Assembly: GCA_963827465.1 (NCBI GenBank)
Contig: CAWHBC010000030.1
Coordinates: 1,422 to 65,421, forward strand
Length of the DNA stretch: 64,000 nt
Direction: 5' to 3'
Source: an uncultured Alphaproteobacteria bacterium
GTDB taxonomy: Bacteria; Pseudomonadota; Alphaproteobacteria; Rhizobiales; Xanthobacteraceae
The notes beneath the pieces are model-generated. The model did not search any database and was not told the DNA's origin. It saw only the letters and a program-made list of their open reading frames with translations. Shown piece after piece: positions 38,763-48,689 of the stretch; the first letter of the stretch is position 1; each line of letters begins with the position of its first letter. Position numbers and translations under genes: made by a program.

Positions 38763-39629
38763 ATGACTCGAAAAATGACTCGAAAGACGCCTCCGAAAGA
38801 GCCGCCGAAAAAGCCGCCGCAGGCGCCCGCGAAAGGCGGCGCGATCTTTGTCGGCATCGGCGGCTGGACCTTCGAGCCCTGGCGCGGCGCGTTCTATCCG
38901 AAGGGTCTGCCGCATGCGAAGGAGCTTGGCTATGCCAGCGAGCGGCTCACCTCCATCGAGGTCAACGGCACCTTCTACCGCACGCAGACGCCGGCCACGT
39001 TCCGCAAATGGGCGGGCGAGGTGCCCGAAAACTTCGTCTTCGCGCTGAAAGGCCCGCGCTTTGCGGTGAACCGGCGCGTGCTCAAGGAGGCCGGCGACTC
39101 GATCAAACGTTTCCTCGATTCCGGAATTACCGAGCTCGGCGACCATCTTGGACCGCTGTTATGGCAATTCGCGCCGACCAAGAAATTCGACGCCGCCGAT
39201 TTCGGCGGCTTCCTCGAACTGTTGCCGAATACGTTCGACAAGCGTGCTTTGCGTCACGTGATCGAGGTGCGGCATGACAGCTTTCTGACATCCGAATTTG
39301 TCACGCTGTTGCGCCGCTTCAATTTTCCCGTCGTCTTCACCGACCACGCCAAATATCCGAACATCGCCGACGTCACCGGCGATTTCCTCTATGCCCGGCT
39401 GCAGCGCGGCAAGGACACGATCCCGACCGCCTACCCGCCGAAAGAGATCGCGGCCTGGGCGCGGCGGCTGCAAGACTGGGCGCATGGCGACGAACCGGAC
39501 GATTTGGGACGCGTCGAGCCGCCCGCAAAGAAAAAATCGGCGGCCCGTGACGTTTTTGCTTACGTGATCCACGAGGGCAAAGTGCGGGCGCCGGCGGGCG
39601 CGATGGCCTTGATTGCGGCATTGCAATGA
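38763..39629 (+). CDS. DUF72 (YecE-like) protein
   Basis: IFVGIGGWTFEPWRGAFYP...IEVNGTFYR...FVFALKG. The first 24 nt are a 12-nt tandem duplication (ATGACTCGAAAA ATGACTCGAAAG), so the start could be 38763 or 38775. Confidence 0.85.
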   Translation: MTRKMTRKTPPKEPPKKPPQAPAKGGAIFVGIGGWTFEPWRGAFYPKGLPHAKELGYASERLTSIEVNGTFYRTQTPATFRKWAGEVPENFVFALKGPRFAVNRRVLKEAGDSIKRFLDSGITELGDHLGPLLWQFAPTKKFDAADFGGFLELLPNTFDKRALRHVIEVRHDSFLTSEFVTLLRRFNFPVVFTDHAKYPNIADVTGDFLYARLQRGKDTIPTAYPPKEIAAWARRLQDWAHGDEPDDLGRVEPPAKKKSAARDVFAYVIHEGKVRAPAGAMALIAALQ

Positions 39630-39800
39630 GACGCTGTCACGCCATTGCCATCACATATTACAACGCGATGACCCGGCATTCCGGCAACGTCGTGACAGCG
39701 TCATGCCCGGTGTCATCATGGACGGCATGATCGTCGCCTGGGTTTGTCGCCTTGCGCCAAGGCCAAGCGGGCCGCCGGTTCGTGCAAAGTCTCAAAAATG

Positions 39801-39860
39801 AATGGCCCGAAAAACGCCAATGGCCCGAAAAACGCCAACGGCCAGAAATGCTAACGGCCA
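39801..39860. repeat. tandem repeat of an 18-bp unit (aatggcccgaaaaacgcc x2, then two degenerate or partial copies)
   Basis: Read directly from the sequence. Non-coding context between DUF72 and hdeD. Confidence 0.9.
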
Positions 39861-39878
39861 CATGTTCCGAAAGAGCGC

Positions 39879-39917
39879 GCGTACATCCGGCGTCGCTCAG
39901 ATCGTAACAGTGGCCGT
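39879..39917 (+). repeat. copy C of the recurrent intergenic motif
   Basis: gcgtacatccggcgtcgc-tcagatcgtaaca-gtggccgt. Confidence 0.7.
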
Positions 39918-40078
39918 CCCGCAACGGAGCCGCAAGCTCGACGTTGCAGAACCTAAATAGGAGCTTGAGGCAGGTTATGCAAGGCCGGCTTTGGTGTAAC
40001 ATCATGAGACCGGACCGGTTCCAAAATGGTTAACAAAGCGGCCAAGACCGATTTCCGCCGCTTGCCAGGGAGCAGATT

Positions 40079-40663
40079 ATGACAATGAATCAATCGCCTA
40101 ACAGCGACCAATTCCGGCGCGACGTGGTCAGCGCGATCCATGCCCATTGGGGCTTGTTCCTGTTCGAGGGCATTTTGCTGATGGTGCTCGGCGCCGCCGC
40201 GATCATCTTGCCGGTGGTCGCCACACTCGCCTTCACGCTCGTCATCGGCTGGCTGTTTTTGATCTCCGGCGGCGTCGGCCTGGTTACGACGTTCTGGATG
40301 CGCAACGCGCCGGGGTTCTGGTGGTCGCTGCTGTCCGCGGTCATCGCGCTGGCCGCCGGCATCATCCTGATCCGCTGGCCGATCAGCGGCACCGTTTCAC
40401 TCACTCTGGTGCTGATCGCCTTCTTCCTCGTCGAGGGCATCGCCACGCTGATGTACGCCTTCGAGCATCGCGCCCAGCTTTCCGGACGTTGGGGCTGGAT
40501 GCTGGTGAGCGGCATTGTCGATCTGATCCTTGCCGGTATCATCTTCGCCGGCCTGCCCGGCAGCGCGACCTGGGCGCTCGGGCTTCTCGTCGGTATCAAT
40601 ATGCTGTTCGGCGGCTCGGCGATGATCGCCATGGCGCTGGCGGCAAAAAACCGCACGGCCTGA
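40079..40663 (+). CDS. hdeD: HdeD-family (DUF308) acid-resistance membrane protein
   Basis: 194 aa and six hydrophobic helices. HWGLFLFEGILLMVLGAAAIILP is typical of HdeD. Confidence 0.8.
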   Translation: MTMNQSPNSDQFRRDVVSAIHAHWGLFLFEGILLMVLGAAAIILPVVATLAFTLVIGWLFLISGGVGLVTTFWMRNAPGFWWSLLSAVIALAAGIILIRWPISGTVSLTLVLIAFFLVEGIATLMYAFEHRAQLSGRWGWMLVSGIVDLILAGIIFAGLPGSATWALGLLVGINMLFGGSAMIAMALAAKNRTA

Positions 40664-40680
40664 GCCGGGCCGGCCACGCG

Positions 40681-40776
40681 TCACCGCAAAAATCGATCGG
40701 CAATCAGGACCACGCCGATCAGGCCCATCAGCAGCAGCACCAGCCGCTGGAACGGGTCGAAAGGAGCACGCGTCAT
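40681..40776 (-). CDS. possible 31-aa membrane peptide (MTRAPFDPFQRLVLLLMGLIGVVLIADRFLR)
   Basis: AGGAA 10 nt upstream of the ATG, GC-rich third positions, one transmembrane helix. Not in the ORF track because of its size. Confidence 0.35.
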   Translation of the reverse strand: MTRAPFDPFQRLVLLLMGLIGVVLIADRFLR

Positions 40777-41037
40777 CGGATTTCCTGGACAGGACGCCAT
40801 TGGCTGCGGAATGCCGAAGGCCTCGGTATTGCATGCCGCTACACCACCGCACCGCCGCGGTCAGCCTAGCTAGTTGGAGAGGTTTAAAGCGCGCCGCACG
40901 CCACCGTTCGGCCCTTGCCGAACGCCTGGGCTGGAATTCGCAGGCGCCCGGTATGATGGCCTATCTGCCCGATATTTAATCCAATTTCAGGAATTGCTGC
41001 GAAACTGGGCCGGGGTGGAACGGCTGGGGGTCTCTCG

Positions 41038-43525
41038 TTGCGCGAGAAAGAACTCCGCATCGCGCTGGTGTTTTTTGGCGGCGTTTCGCTTGCCGTCTAC
41101 ATGCACGGCATTTGCAAGGAAGTCCTCAAACTGCTGCGGGCTTCGAGCGCGCTGCACCGCATCACCGACCGCACCCGGCGGGCGCAAGCGGCGTTTTTCG
41201 ACGGCGCCGACCCGAACGATCCCGAATACGACACCGAGGCCGAATATTTCGAGCTGTTGCGCGACATCGGCCGCAAGCTCGAGCTGCGCGTCATCGTCGA
41301 TGCCATCGCCGGCGCTTCCGCCGGAGGCATCAATGCCGCGATGCTGGCGCGGGCGCTCAGTCATGACTTGCCGACGCTGTCGTTGCGCGATCTGTGGCTC
41401 GACAATGCCGATGTCACCGTGCTGCTGGCGCCGGAGGCCCGCGCCGGAACCTGGAGCAAGGCGGTCCTGAAACCCTTTATCTGGGGCGTAGCGGCGAGCG
41501 GCCTGTTCGGCAAGATCCGCGACAAGGAATTGCGCCAGAAGGTCTCGATGTTCCTGCGCTCGCGCTGGTTCAAGCCGCCGTTCTCCGGTCCCGGCATGGC
41601 CGGGCTGATGTACGACGCGGCCGTCGCCATGGGCCGGCCGAAGACGCCGACGGCGTCCTTGCTGCCCTCCGGGCACGGCCTCGATCTGTTCGTGACGCTC
41701 ACCGACTATTACGGCTACCGGCAGCTTGTCGAAATTCACGACCCCGCGGTGATCTACGAACTCGAACATCGCCACGTGCTGCATTTCAAATATCGCCGGC
41801 GGCCGGGCGGCGAGGTGGAGAGCGATTTCGACCTCGACAATGCGCCGGCGCTCGCCTTCGCCGCGCGCGCGACGTCGTCGTTTCCCGGCGCATTTCCGCC
41901 GGCCCAGATCGTCGAAATGGACGCGCTCGTGGCGAGCCGCCGGGCGCAATGGCCGCGCCGCGAGGAGTTCATCCTGAAAAATTTCGAGCAGCATTTGCGG
42001 GCCGACAGCGACCCGGCGACGGCGGCCTTCATCGACGGCGCGGTGCTCAACAACCGGCCGTTCCGCGACGTCGTCGCCGCGATCCGCGGCCGCTCGGCCT
42101 ATCGCGACGTCGACCGCCGGCTGATCTTCGTCGATGCCAATCCCGCGTCGGCGGCCGTGGTCCGGCCCGCCGGCGTACCGAACTTCTTCTCGACCATTAA
42201 GGGCGCGCTGTCGGACTCTGCCGGCCGGGCAACCCGTCGCCAACGAACTGACCTGGGTCAATAACCTCAATGCGCAAGTCCGCGGCATCAAGTCGATCAT
42301 CGAAGGCGCCCGCCCGCATGTCAGCGGTCTGGTCGGCGACATCATCGACAAGCCGTTCGACCATCGGTTCTCGGAGCACGACATCCGCGGCTGGCGCGAG
42401 CAGATCAACGCTCGGGTCGCCCGCGAGGCCGGCTTCGCGCATGAAGGCTATGCGCGGCTGAAGCTCGCGTCGGTCCGCGGTTTCGTCGCGCGCATGATCG
42501 TTATCTGCGGCGGCGAGTCGGTCGATTCCCCGATGGCCCGCATCGTCGAGGACGTGATCAATGCCTGGGCCATCAAGCGGGGCATCGTCTACAAGACCGC
42601 CGAGAGCGATGCGCTCAAGCACGAGAGCGCGGCGGGACCGGAGCTGCCGTCACTCCCCTCCTGGGTCGAATTCGTCCTCGCCTTCGATGTCGCCTATCGC
42701 CGGCGCCGGCTGAACTTTTTGATCGAGGGGCAAAACCGCCTGTACCGCCTGCTCGACGAAACCCGCTTTCCGGGGCTCGATCCGGCGGTCGTCGATCGGC
42801 TCAAGCGCGACTTCTACCTGAAGCTCGACATTCTGCAGCGCTGCGAGGAGCCGGGCTTCTTTAGCGCCGCGCTGCATTCGATGGCCCATGATCTGTTCGA
42901 GAGCATGCCCGCGGCGGCCGAGATCAGAAATTCCCTGCTCTACGCGGAGGAATTCGCCGGCGGCGAAACCATCGACAAGATCGACCGGCTGGTGGCGGCG
43001 CTGGGCAAGGAAATCGATCTCAACGCCAGCACGCGCGACCTTGACGAGCTGTTGGCCTCGCTCGATCCCGCCGACTGGCATCCGGACGCACGCCGCGAGG
43101 TTCTGGTCAACTACCTGGGATTTCCGTTCTGGGACGTGCTCACGTTTCCGGTCATCGGGCGGGATACGAGCGAACTGCAGGAAATTCTGGTCGACCGCAT
43201 CAGCCCGGAAGAAGCACGCACGCTGAAGGATTTTTCCGGCACCAAAAGCCTAAAGGGCGTCGGCTTCGAAAATTTCGCCGCCTTCTTCTCGCGAAGCTTT
43301 CGTGAAAACGACTACCTGCTCGGCCGCCTGCACGGACTCGACCGGCTGATCGATATCGTCTGCGACGTCGCCGGCATCGATCGGGTGCATGACGGCATCG
43401 ATATCCTGGCGCTGAAGCGGCGGGCCTTCCAACGCATTCTCGATGCCGAGGCCCCGCACCTGCCGCACAGCGCCGGGCTGATCGCCGCGATCCGGCGCGG
43501 CGTTGCCGAAATCGGAAAAACCTGA
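41038..43525 (+). pseudogene. patatin-like phospholipase with long DUF3376-type C-terminal region, frame broken near 42211-42218
   Basis: FFGGVSLAVYMHG (oxyanion region), GASAGGINA (GxSxG) and IDGAVLNNRPF (catalytic Asp region). ORF 41038..42264 ends ...FFSTIKGALSD plus nonsense. ORF 42134..43525 continues LPAGQPVANELTWVNNL... to the DUF3376-like end (ENDYLLGRLHGLDRLIDI). Confidence 0.8.
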
Positions 43526-43550
43526 CCGTGGCGCCGGCCGGCAGGGAAAA

Positions 43551-44801
43551 CTAACCCGCCGGCTGCGGCAGGCGCGCCTTTTCCACCTTGCCGGCGATCG
43601 TGGCGATGGCCAGGACCGCCATGAGAAATCCGAGCGCGATGACCGCAGTGGCGCCGAGCACGAGGCCGAAGCCGCCGCGGCCATATAGGATCGCGATCAT
43701 CGACACCGCCACGCCGGAGACCATGAAAGTCAGAAAGTAGCGCACCGCGTAAACGCGGCTGCGCCAGGCATCGGCGGTATAGCGGGCGATGACGAGATCG
43801 TTCACGGTGATCTGGCCGTAAATGGCGGCCATCGTGAACGCCAGCGCGAACAAAAGAGTGATGCCGCCGGCGTAAGCGGACCAAAGCACGGCCGAGAATT
43901 GCATGACGGCGAGCACGGCGAACAGGATGTGCAGCGGGAAGCGTTCGACCAACCGGCCCACCGTGAGCTGGGCAAGCGCGCCGCACAGAAACACCGCCGT
44001 GGTCAGGCCGCCGACCGCGATCAGGGATATGTCGTTGCCGACGCGCTCGTCGACGATCTTCGGCAAGGAAACCGAAATGGTGTTGAACACCAGGCCGGCG
44101 CTGACCGCGACGACGATGAACAGCACGAACAAGGTTGCCGCGATCGGCAGCGACACCGAGACGTCCGCCGATTTGGACCGCGCCGCGGCGTGATGCTTCT
44201 CCTCGACCGGAACGAGCCACGGATAAATCAATCCGGTGGCGAGACAAACCACGCCGGGGACGAGAAACGCGCCGCGCCACGACAGCATCGCCGTCAGCGT
44301 GGCGGTGATGCCGGCCGCGAGCGAAACGCCGAGATTGCCGCAGACGCCGTTGAACGCCAAAGTGCGCCCGCGCACCGTCGCCTTCTCCAGGATCACCGCG
44401 GTGCCGACCGGATGATAGATCGCGGCGAACACGCCAAGGGCGAACAACGCCACGGCGAGCATGTGAAGCGACGGCGCGGCCGCGGCGGCGATCAGCGAGG
44501 CGCCGCAGCCGAGATAAAAGGCGACCATCAGGTTGCGGCGGCTCCAGCGATCGCCGAGCCAGCCGGCCGGCAGCGAAAACAGGCCGAAGGCGACAAACGA
44601 GGCGGTCGAGAGCCAGATCAGATCGGCGTAAGAGCGGCCGTAGACCACCGTCAGCTCGATCACGACGGTCGGATAAATCAAGATGACGTAATGATCGAGC
44701 GCGTGAGCCCAATTCATGAAGCCGATCGCCAGCCGCTTGCGCGACAGTTCGGTGGCGGGGTCGGCAGCCAAAACGGCCGGCGATGTCGTGGTGATTGTCA
44801 T
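43551..44801 (-). CDS. MFS transporter
   Basis: ATG at 44801 (MTITTTSP...). 12 hydrophobic segments and a GWLGDRWSRRN loop motif. Confidence 0.8.
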   Translation of the reverse strand: MTITTTSPAVLAADPATELSRKRLAIGFMNWAHALDHYVILIYPTVVIELTVVYGRSYADLIWLSTASFVAFGLFSLPAGWLGDRWSRRNLMVAFYLGCGASLIAAAAAPSLHMLAVALFALGVFAAIYHPVGTAVILEKATVRGRTLAFNGVCGNLGVSLAAGITATLTAMLSWRGAFLVPGVVCLATGLIYPWLVPVEEKHHAAARSKSADVSVSLPIAATLFVLFIVVAVSAGLVFNTISVSLPKIVDERVGNDISLIAVGGLTTAVFLCGALAQLTVGRLVERFPLHILFAVLAVMQFSAVLWSAYAGGITLLFALAFTMAAIYGQITVNDLVIARYTADAWRSRVYAVRYFLTFMVSGVAVSMIAILYGRGGFGLVLGATAVIALGFLMAVLAIATIAGKVEKARLPQPAG

Positions 44802-45049
44802 CGGTCGAATCCCGGATTCCGGTTCGAGGTATAACCCGGACCGCCGCCTCGACATACCCGATTGCTGCAAGGCTGGTCGGCGGGGTCACCCTCCCCCTGG
44901 CGGGAGCCGCCTCAACCCCCGCCGCCTAGGACGAATTTCCCAGCCGACTTTTCCACAGGGCAAAAAGGCTGCCCGCAACCGCGTCCGCCTTGGCTAAATT
45001 TGCAACCGGTGTAACTTACGGTTGCTTCAACGGGGCGTTGGGGGCCTCG

Positions 45050-45779
45050 GTGTCAGTGATACGGTGGGTTGTCGCGGCGGCATTTGCTGCCGCCTGGTTC
45101 GTCCTGTCGGGCATGGCGGTCCGCGCCGGCGCCGCTATGCCGGATGTACCGACAGTCCTGCTGTTCGGCGGCGCCGATCTGTGGCGCTACGGCGATTTTC
45201 TTTACGGCGGCACGCTGTGGGCGCCGAATGGACTTCGATTCCAGCGGCTTCACGCTGAAGCTCTTGGTCAACGGCGGCCGCTACAGCTACGCCTCGGGCA
45301 GCCTCGGCACGACGGTCGACGGCACCATGATCTCCGGCGCCGCGCTGCCGGGCTTAAGGCTGGTGCACGACACGCTCACGGTCAGCCTGTTCGCCGGCCC
45401 CGTCGTCCAAGACTACCGGCTGTCGCCGTTCGATCCCGGCAGCCGGCTGCACGGGTTTTATGCCGGCGGCGAGTTCGCCGGCGATCTCTGGTATCAGCCG
45501 ACGCCCGCCGTCATGGCCGCGCTCAACGGCTCGCTGCTTTCGATCGGCCCGACCGGCTATGTGCGCGGCGCGCTCGGCTATCGGGTGTTCGACGCGATGT
45601 TTATCGGCCCCGAATCCGCAATGCTGTGGTGTGGCGATTTCCAAGAGCGCGAATTCGGCGCGCACATCACCGGCCTTCGCGCGGCGGCGATGGAATGGTC
45701 GGCCGGCGGCGGCTGGGCCATGGATTCCGACCGCCGCAGCGGGCCTTATCTGCGGGTCGGCGTCAGCACGCGCTATTGA
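45050..45779 (+). pseudogene. bcsS: BcsS-like outer-membrane beta-barrel (cellulose biosynthesis accessory) gene, frame broken near 45229-45232
   Basis: Signal peptide and start in ORF 44990..45829 (VIRWVVAAAFAAAWFVLSGMAVRAGA...LLFGGADLWRYGDFLYGGTLWAPNG). The remainder is in ORF 45069..45779 (DFDSSGFTLKLLVNGGRYSY...SGPYLRVGVSTRY). Family assignment is from memory. Confidence 0.65.
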
Positions 45780-45791
45780 CGGCCGCCACGA

Positions 45792-46953
45792 TCAGTCGAG
45801 CGTGCGGCGGAAGCGCGTCACCGCGATAGCCATGGCGATCAGCGTCAGCACCAACAGCGCCGCGGTGTCGTCGGCCATGACGGAGAGCCCGGCGCCCTTG
45901 AGCATGATGGCGCGGACGATGCGCAGATAATGCGTCAGCGGCAGCGCCTCGCCGACCCACTGCGCCCAGGCCGGCATGCCGGCGAAGCGGGAACATGAAA
46001 CCGGACAACAAAATATTCGGCAAAAAGAACATCAGCGACATCTGCATCGCCTGCAACTGGTTCTGGGCGATGGTCGAGAAGGTATAGCCGATCGCCAGAT
46101 TGGCGGTGATGAACAGCGTCGACAACAGCGCCAAGAGCATCAGGCTGCCCATCAGCGGCACGCCGAACAAGGCGATGCCGACGCCGACGATCAGCGCCGC
46201 CTGCACGAAGCCGACCAGCACATAGGGCGCGATCTTGCCGAGCATGATCTCGAGCGGCGTGATCGGCATGGCGAGCAGGCTTTCCATGGTGCCGCGCTCG
46301 ATCTCGCGCGTCACCGACAAGGCGGTGAAGATCAGCATGGTCATGGTGAGGATGGTGCCGACCAGGCCGGGCACGATGTTGAGCTGGCTCAAGCCGGCGG
46401 GGTTGTAGCGGACATGGGTGCGGATCTCGAAACGGCGGCGTGCCGCTTTGCGGCAGGCCGTGATCGTGATCGAGCGCGGACTGCACGACTTCGTCGAGCG
46501 CGCCGAGCGCCGAGCCCGAGGCCACCGGATCGGTGCCGTCGGCGGCGACCAGCATCGCCGGATCGTCGCCGCGGCGCACGGCGCGCTCGAAATTCGCGGG
46601 AATCTCCACGGCGAACAGCACCTGTCCGGAAAGCAGCAGGCGGTCGAGTTCGGCCTCGTTCCGCGGCAGCGCCGTGACCTTGAAATATTTGGTGTTCTGC
46701 AGCGCCGCCAGGATCGAGCGGGCAAGATCGCTGTGCTCCTGCAGCAGCACCGCGGTCGGCAAATTGCGCGGGTTGGTGTTGATGGCGTAGCCGAACAAAA
46801 CGAGCTGCATCAGCGGGATCATGATGATCATGACGAAGGAAACGCGGTCGCGTTGAGCTGGATGAATTCCTTCACCAGCACCGCCCAGGTTTTGCGCAAC
46901 AGTCCGCTGCCGCCGAGACGGCGCGGCGCCTCCGAGGGCAGCAGGTGCGCCAT
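45792..46953 (-). pseudogene. ABC-2 type transporter permease with three frame breaks
   Basis: Sense sequence is spread over four frames: MAHLLPSEAPRRL...LVKEFIQL | RDRVSFVMIIMIPLMQLVLFGYAINT...SGTPP | FEIRTHVRYNPAGLSQ...LLSGFMFP | FAGMPAWAQWVGEALPLTHYLRIVRAIMLKG... Breaks are near 46852-46855, 46430-46432 and 45987-45990. Confidence 0.8.
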
Positions 46954-47904
46954 CAGTAATTGTCCTTCGACTTGCCCATCAGGTCGATGAACACGTCTTC
47001 CAGCGAGGGCTCGGCGCTCTTCCAGATGAGATCCTTGCGCGGCCGGTAGGGCGCGATCGCGGCTTCCAGCGCGCCGGCATCGCGGCCGGAGACGTGCAGG
47101 CTGGTGCCGAACTGCGCCACCATGTCGACGCCGGACCGGCCGGTCAGTTCATCGGACAGCCGGCTCAGTCCCTCGCCGTGTTCGGCGCTGACGGCAAAAG
47201 TGGTCAGGTGCGAGGCCGCGATGACCTCTTCGACGGTGCCGCGCGCCAGCAATTTGCCGTAGGCGATATAGGCGATCTCGTTGCAGCGCTCGGCCTCGTC
47301 CATGTAGTGGGTGGTGACCAGCACGGTGAGGCCGCCGGCGGCGAGGCCATGAATCTCGTTCCAGAATTCGCGCCGCGCCTTCGGGATCGACGCCGGCCGT
47401 CGGCTCGTCGAGCAGCAACAGCCGCGGGCTCGGCAATGTGCACGCGCCGAGCGCCAGCCGCTGCTTCCAGCCGCCGGACAGGTCGCCGGCAAGCTGTTCC
47501 TCGCGGCCGGAGAGTCCGAGCCGCTCGATCGCCGCGCGGGCGGTCGCGACCGGGCGGGCGATGCCGTAGATGCGGGCGATGAATTCCATATTCTCGCGCA
47601 CGGACAGGTCTTCATAAAGGCTGAAGCGCTGCGTCATGTAACCGATCTGCAGCTTGATCTTGTCGGTCTCGGTGCGGATGTCGTAGCCGAGACAGGTGCC
47701 GGTGCCTTCGTCGGGCGTCAGCAGCCCGCATAGCATGCGGATGGTCGTGGTCTTGCCGGAGCCGTTGGGCCCGAGGAAGCCATAGATGGTGCCGCGCTTG
47801 ACCTGCATCGACAGGTCGCTCACCACCACGCGGCCGTCGAATTTCTTGGTCAGGCCGTGCACGTCGATGGCGATGTCGGGGCTGGCATCGGCGGTGGCGC
47901 TCAT
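46953..47904 (-). pseudogene. ABC transporter ATP-binding protein, frame broken at 47383-47385
   Basis: Walker A GPNGSGKTTT, signature LSGGWKQRL and Walker B LLLLDEPTAGVDP, then nonsense. ORF 46953..47615 supplies ARREFWNEIHGLAAGGLTVLVTTHYMDEAE... An extra c in gatcccgaagg explains the break. The stop overlaps the permease ATG (TGATG). Confidence 0.85.
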
Positions 47905-48689
47905 CGCGGCGCTTCCTGCGCCGTCCGCGCTGGCGGCGGAACGAGCGCGACGTCGACCGGCTGGCCGACCCGCACGGCGCCGGGATTTTCCGGTCTCGCC
48001 TCGACCAGGAACACGAGCCGCGCGCGCTCTTCGCGGCTGTAGATCACCGGCGGCGTGTATTCGGACTGTTTGGCGATGAAGCTCACATGGGCGGTGAGAT
48101 CGCCGGCGCAGCCGTCGCAGGCGATCTTGACCGTGTCACCATAGGCAATATGCGGCAGCACCGATTCGGGCACGAAGAAGCGCACCTTGATATTGCCCGG
48201 CGGCAGCAAGGCCAGCACCGGACGGTCGGCGGGAACCATCTCGCCCGGCCGATAATAAACTTCCTGCACCGTGCCATTGACCGGACTGAACACGCTGCGC
48301 CGGTTGAGCCGGGTCTGCGCCGAGTTGAAGCGTGCCTGCGCGTCGCGCAGCGCCGCTTGCGCGGCATCGAAATCCTTTTGCGTGCCGGCGCCGGTCTTGA
48401 GCAGCATGCTGGCGCGATCGTAGGTCTGCTGCGCATTGACCAGCGAGGCTTTCACTTGGGCGAGATCGGCCTCCTGCAAATCGTCGTCGACGGTGTACAG
48501 GAGTTCGCCGGTCTTGACGGTGTCGCCCTCTTGCACCGACAAGGTCTGCACCCGCCCGACCTCATCCGGTGCGACGAAAATCAGGTCCGCCTCGATCCAT
48601 CCCTGATAGCTCGCGGGGTTGTCGTTGCAGGACGCGAGCGCCAGCGCGAGCAGGCAAACGGCGGCGGCGGTGCGCAGGCGTGCTGTCAT
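47901..48689 (-). CDS. HlyD-family membrane fusion lipoprotein
   Basis: Lipobox LALASC. Biotinyl-lipoyl-like hairpin (VQEGDTVKTGELLYTVDD), coiled-coil region and beta-barrel part. The stop overlaps the ABC ATPase start. Confidence 0.85.
   Translation of the reverse strand: MTARLRTAAAVCLLALALASCNDNPASYQGWIEADLIFVAPDEVGRVQTLSVQEGDTVKTGELLYTVDDDLQEADLAQVKASLVNAQQTYDRASMLLKTGAGTQKDFDAAQAALRDAQARFNSAQTRLNRRSVFSPVNGTVQEVYYRPGEMVPADRPVLALLPPGNIKVRFFVPESVLPHIAYGDTVKIACDGCAGDLTAHVSFIAKQSEYTPPVIYSREERARLVFLVEARPENPGAVRVGQPVDVALVPPPARTAQEAPR

Noticed and set aside
39801-39860. CRISPR-like array
   Set aside because: The repeats are directly adjacent with no spacers. The unit is only 18 bp and no cas genes are present. 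It is a simple tandem repeat.
41038-43525. Patatin gene as a CBASS-type defence effector
   Set aside because: No CD-NTase/cyclase, Cap genes or other defence components are adjacent. The DUF3376-type extension marks a different stand-alone family.
44930-45050. Possible c-di-GMP (GEMM-I) riboswitch in the bcsS leader, because of ACAGGGCAAA, CGCAAC and GGCTAAA segments
   Set aside because: It lacks the GAAA tetraloop hairpin and the ACGCAAAGCC core. The resemblance is limited to a few short words. An Infernal scan with RF01051 would settle it, and I expect no hit.
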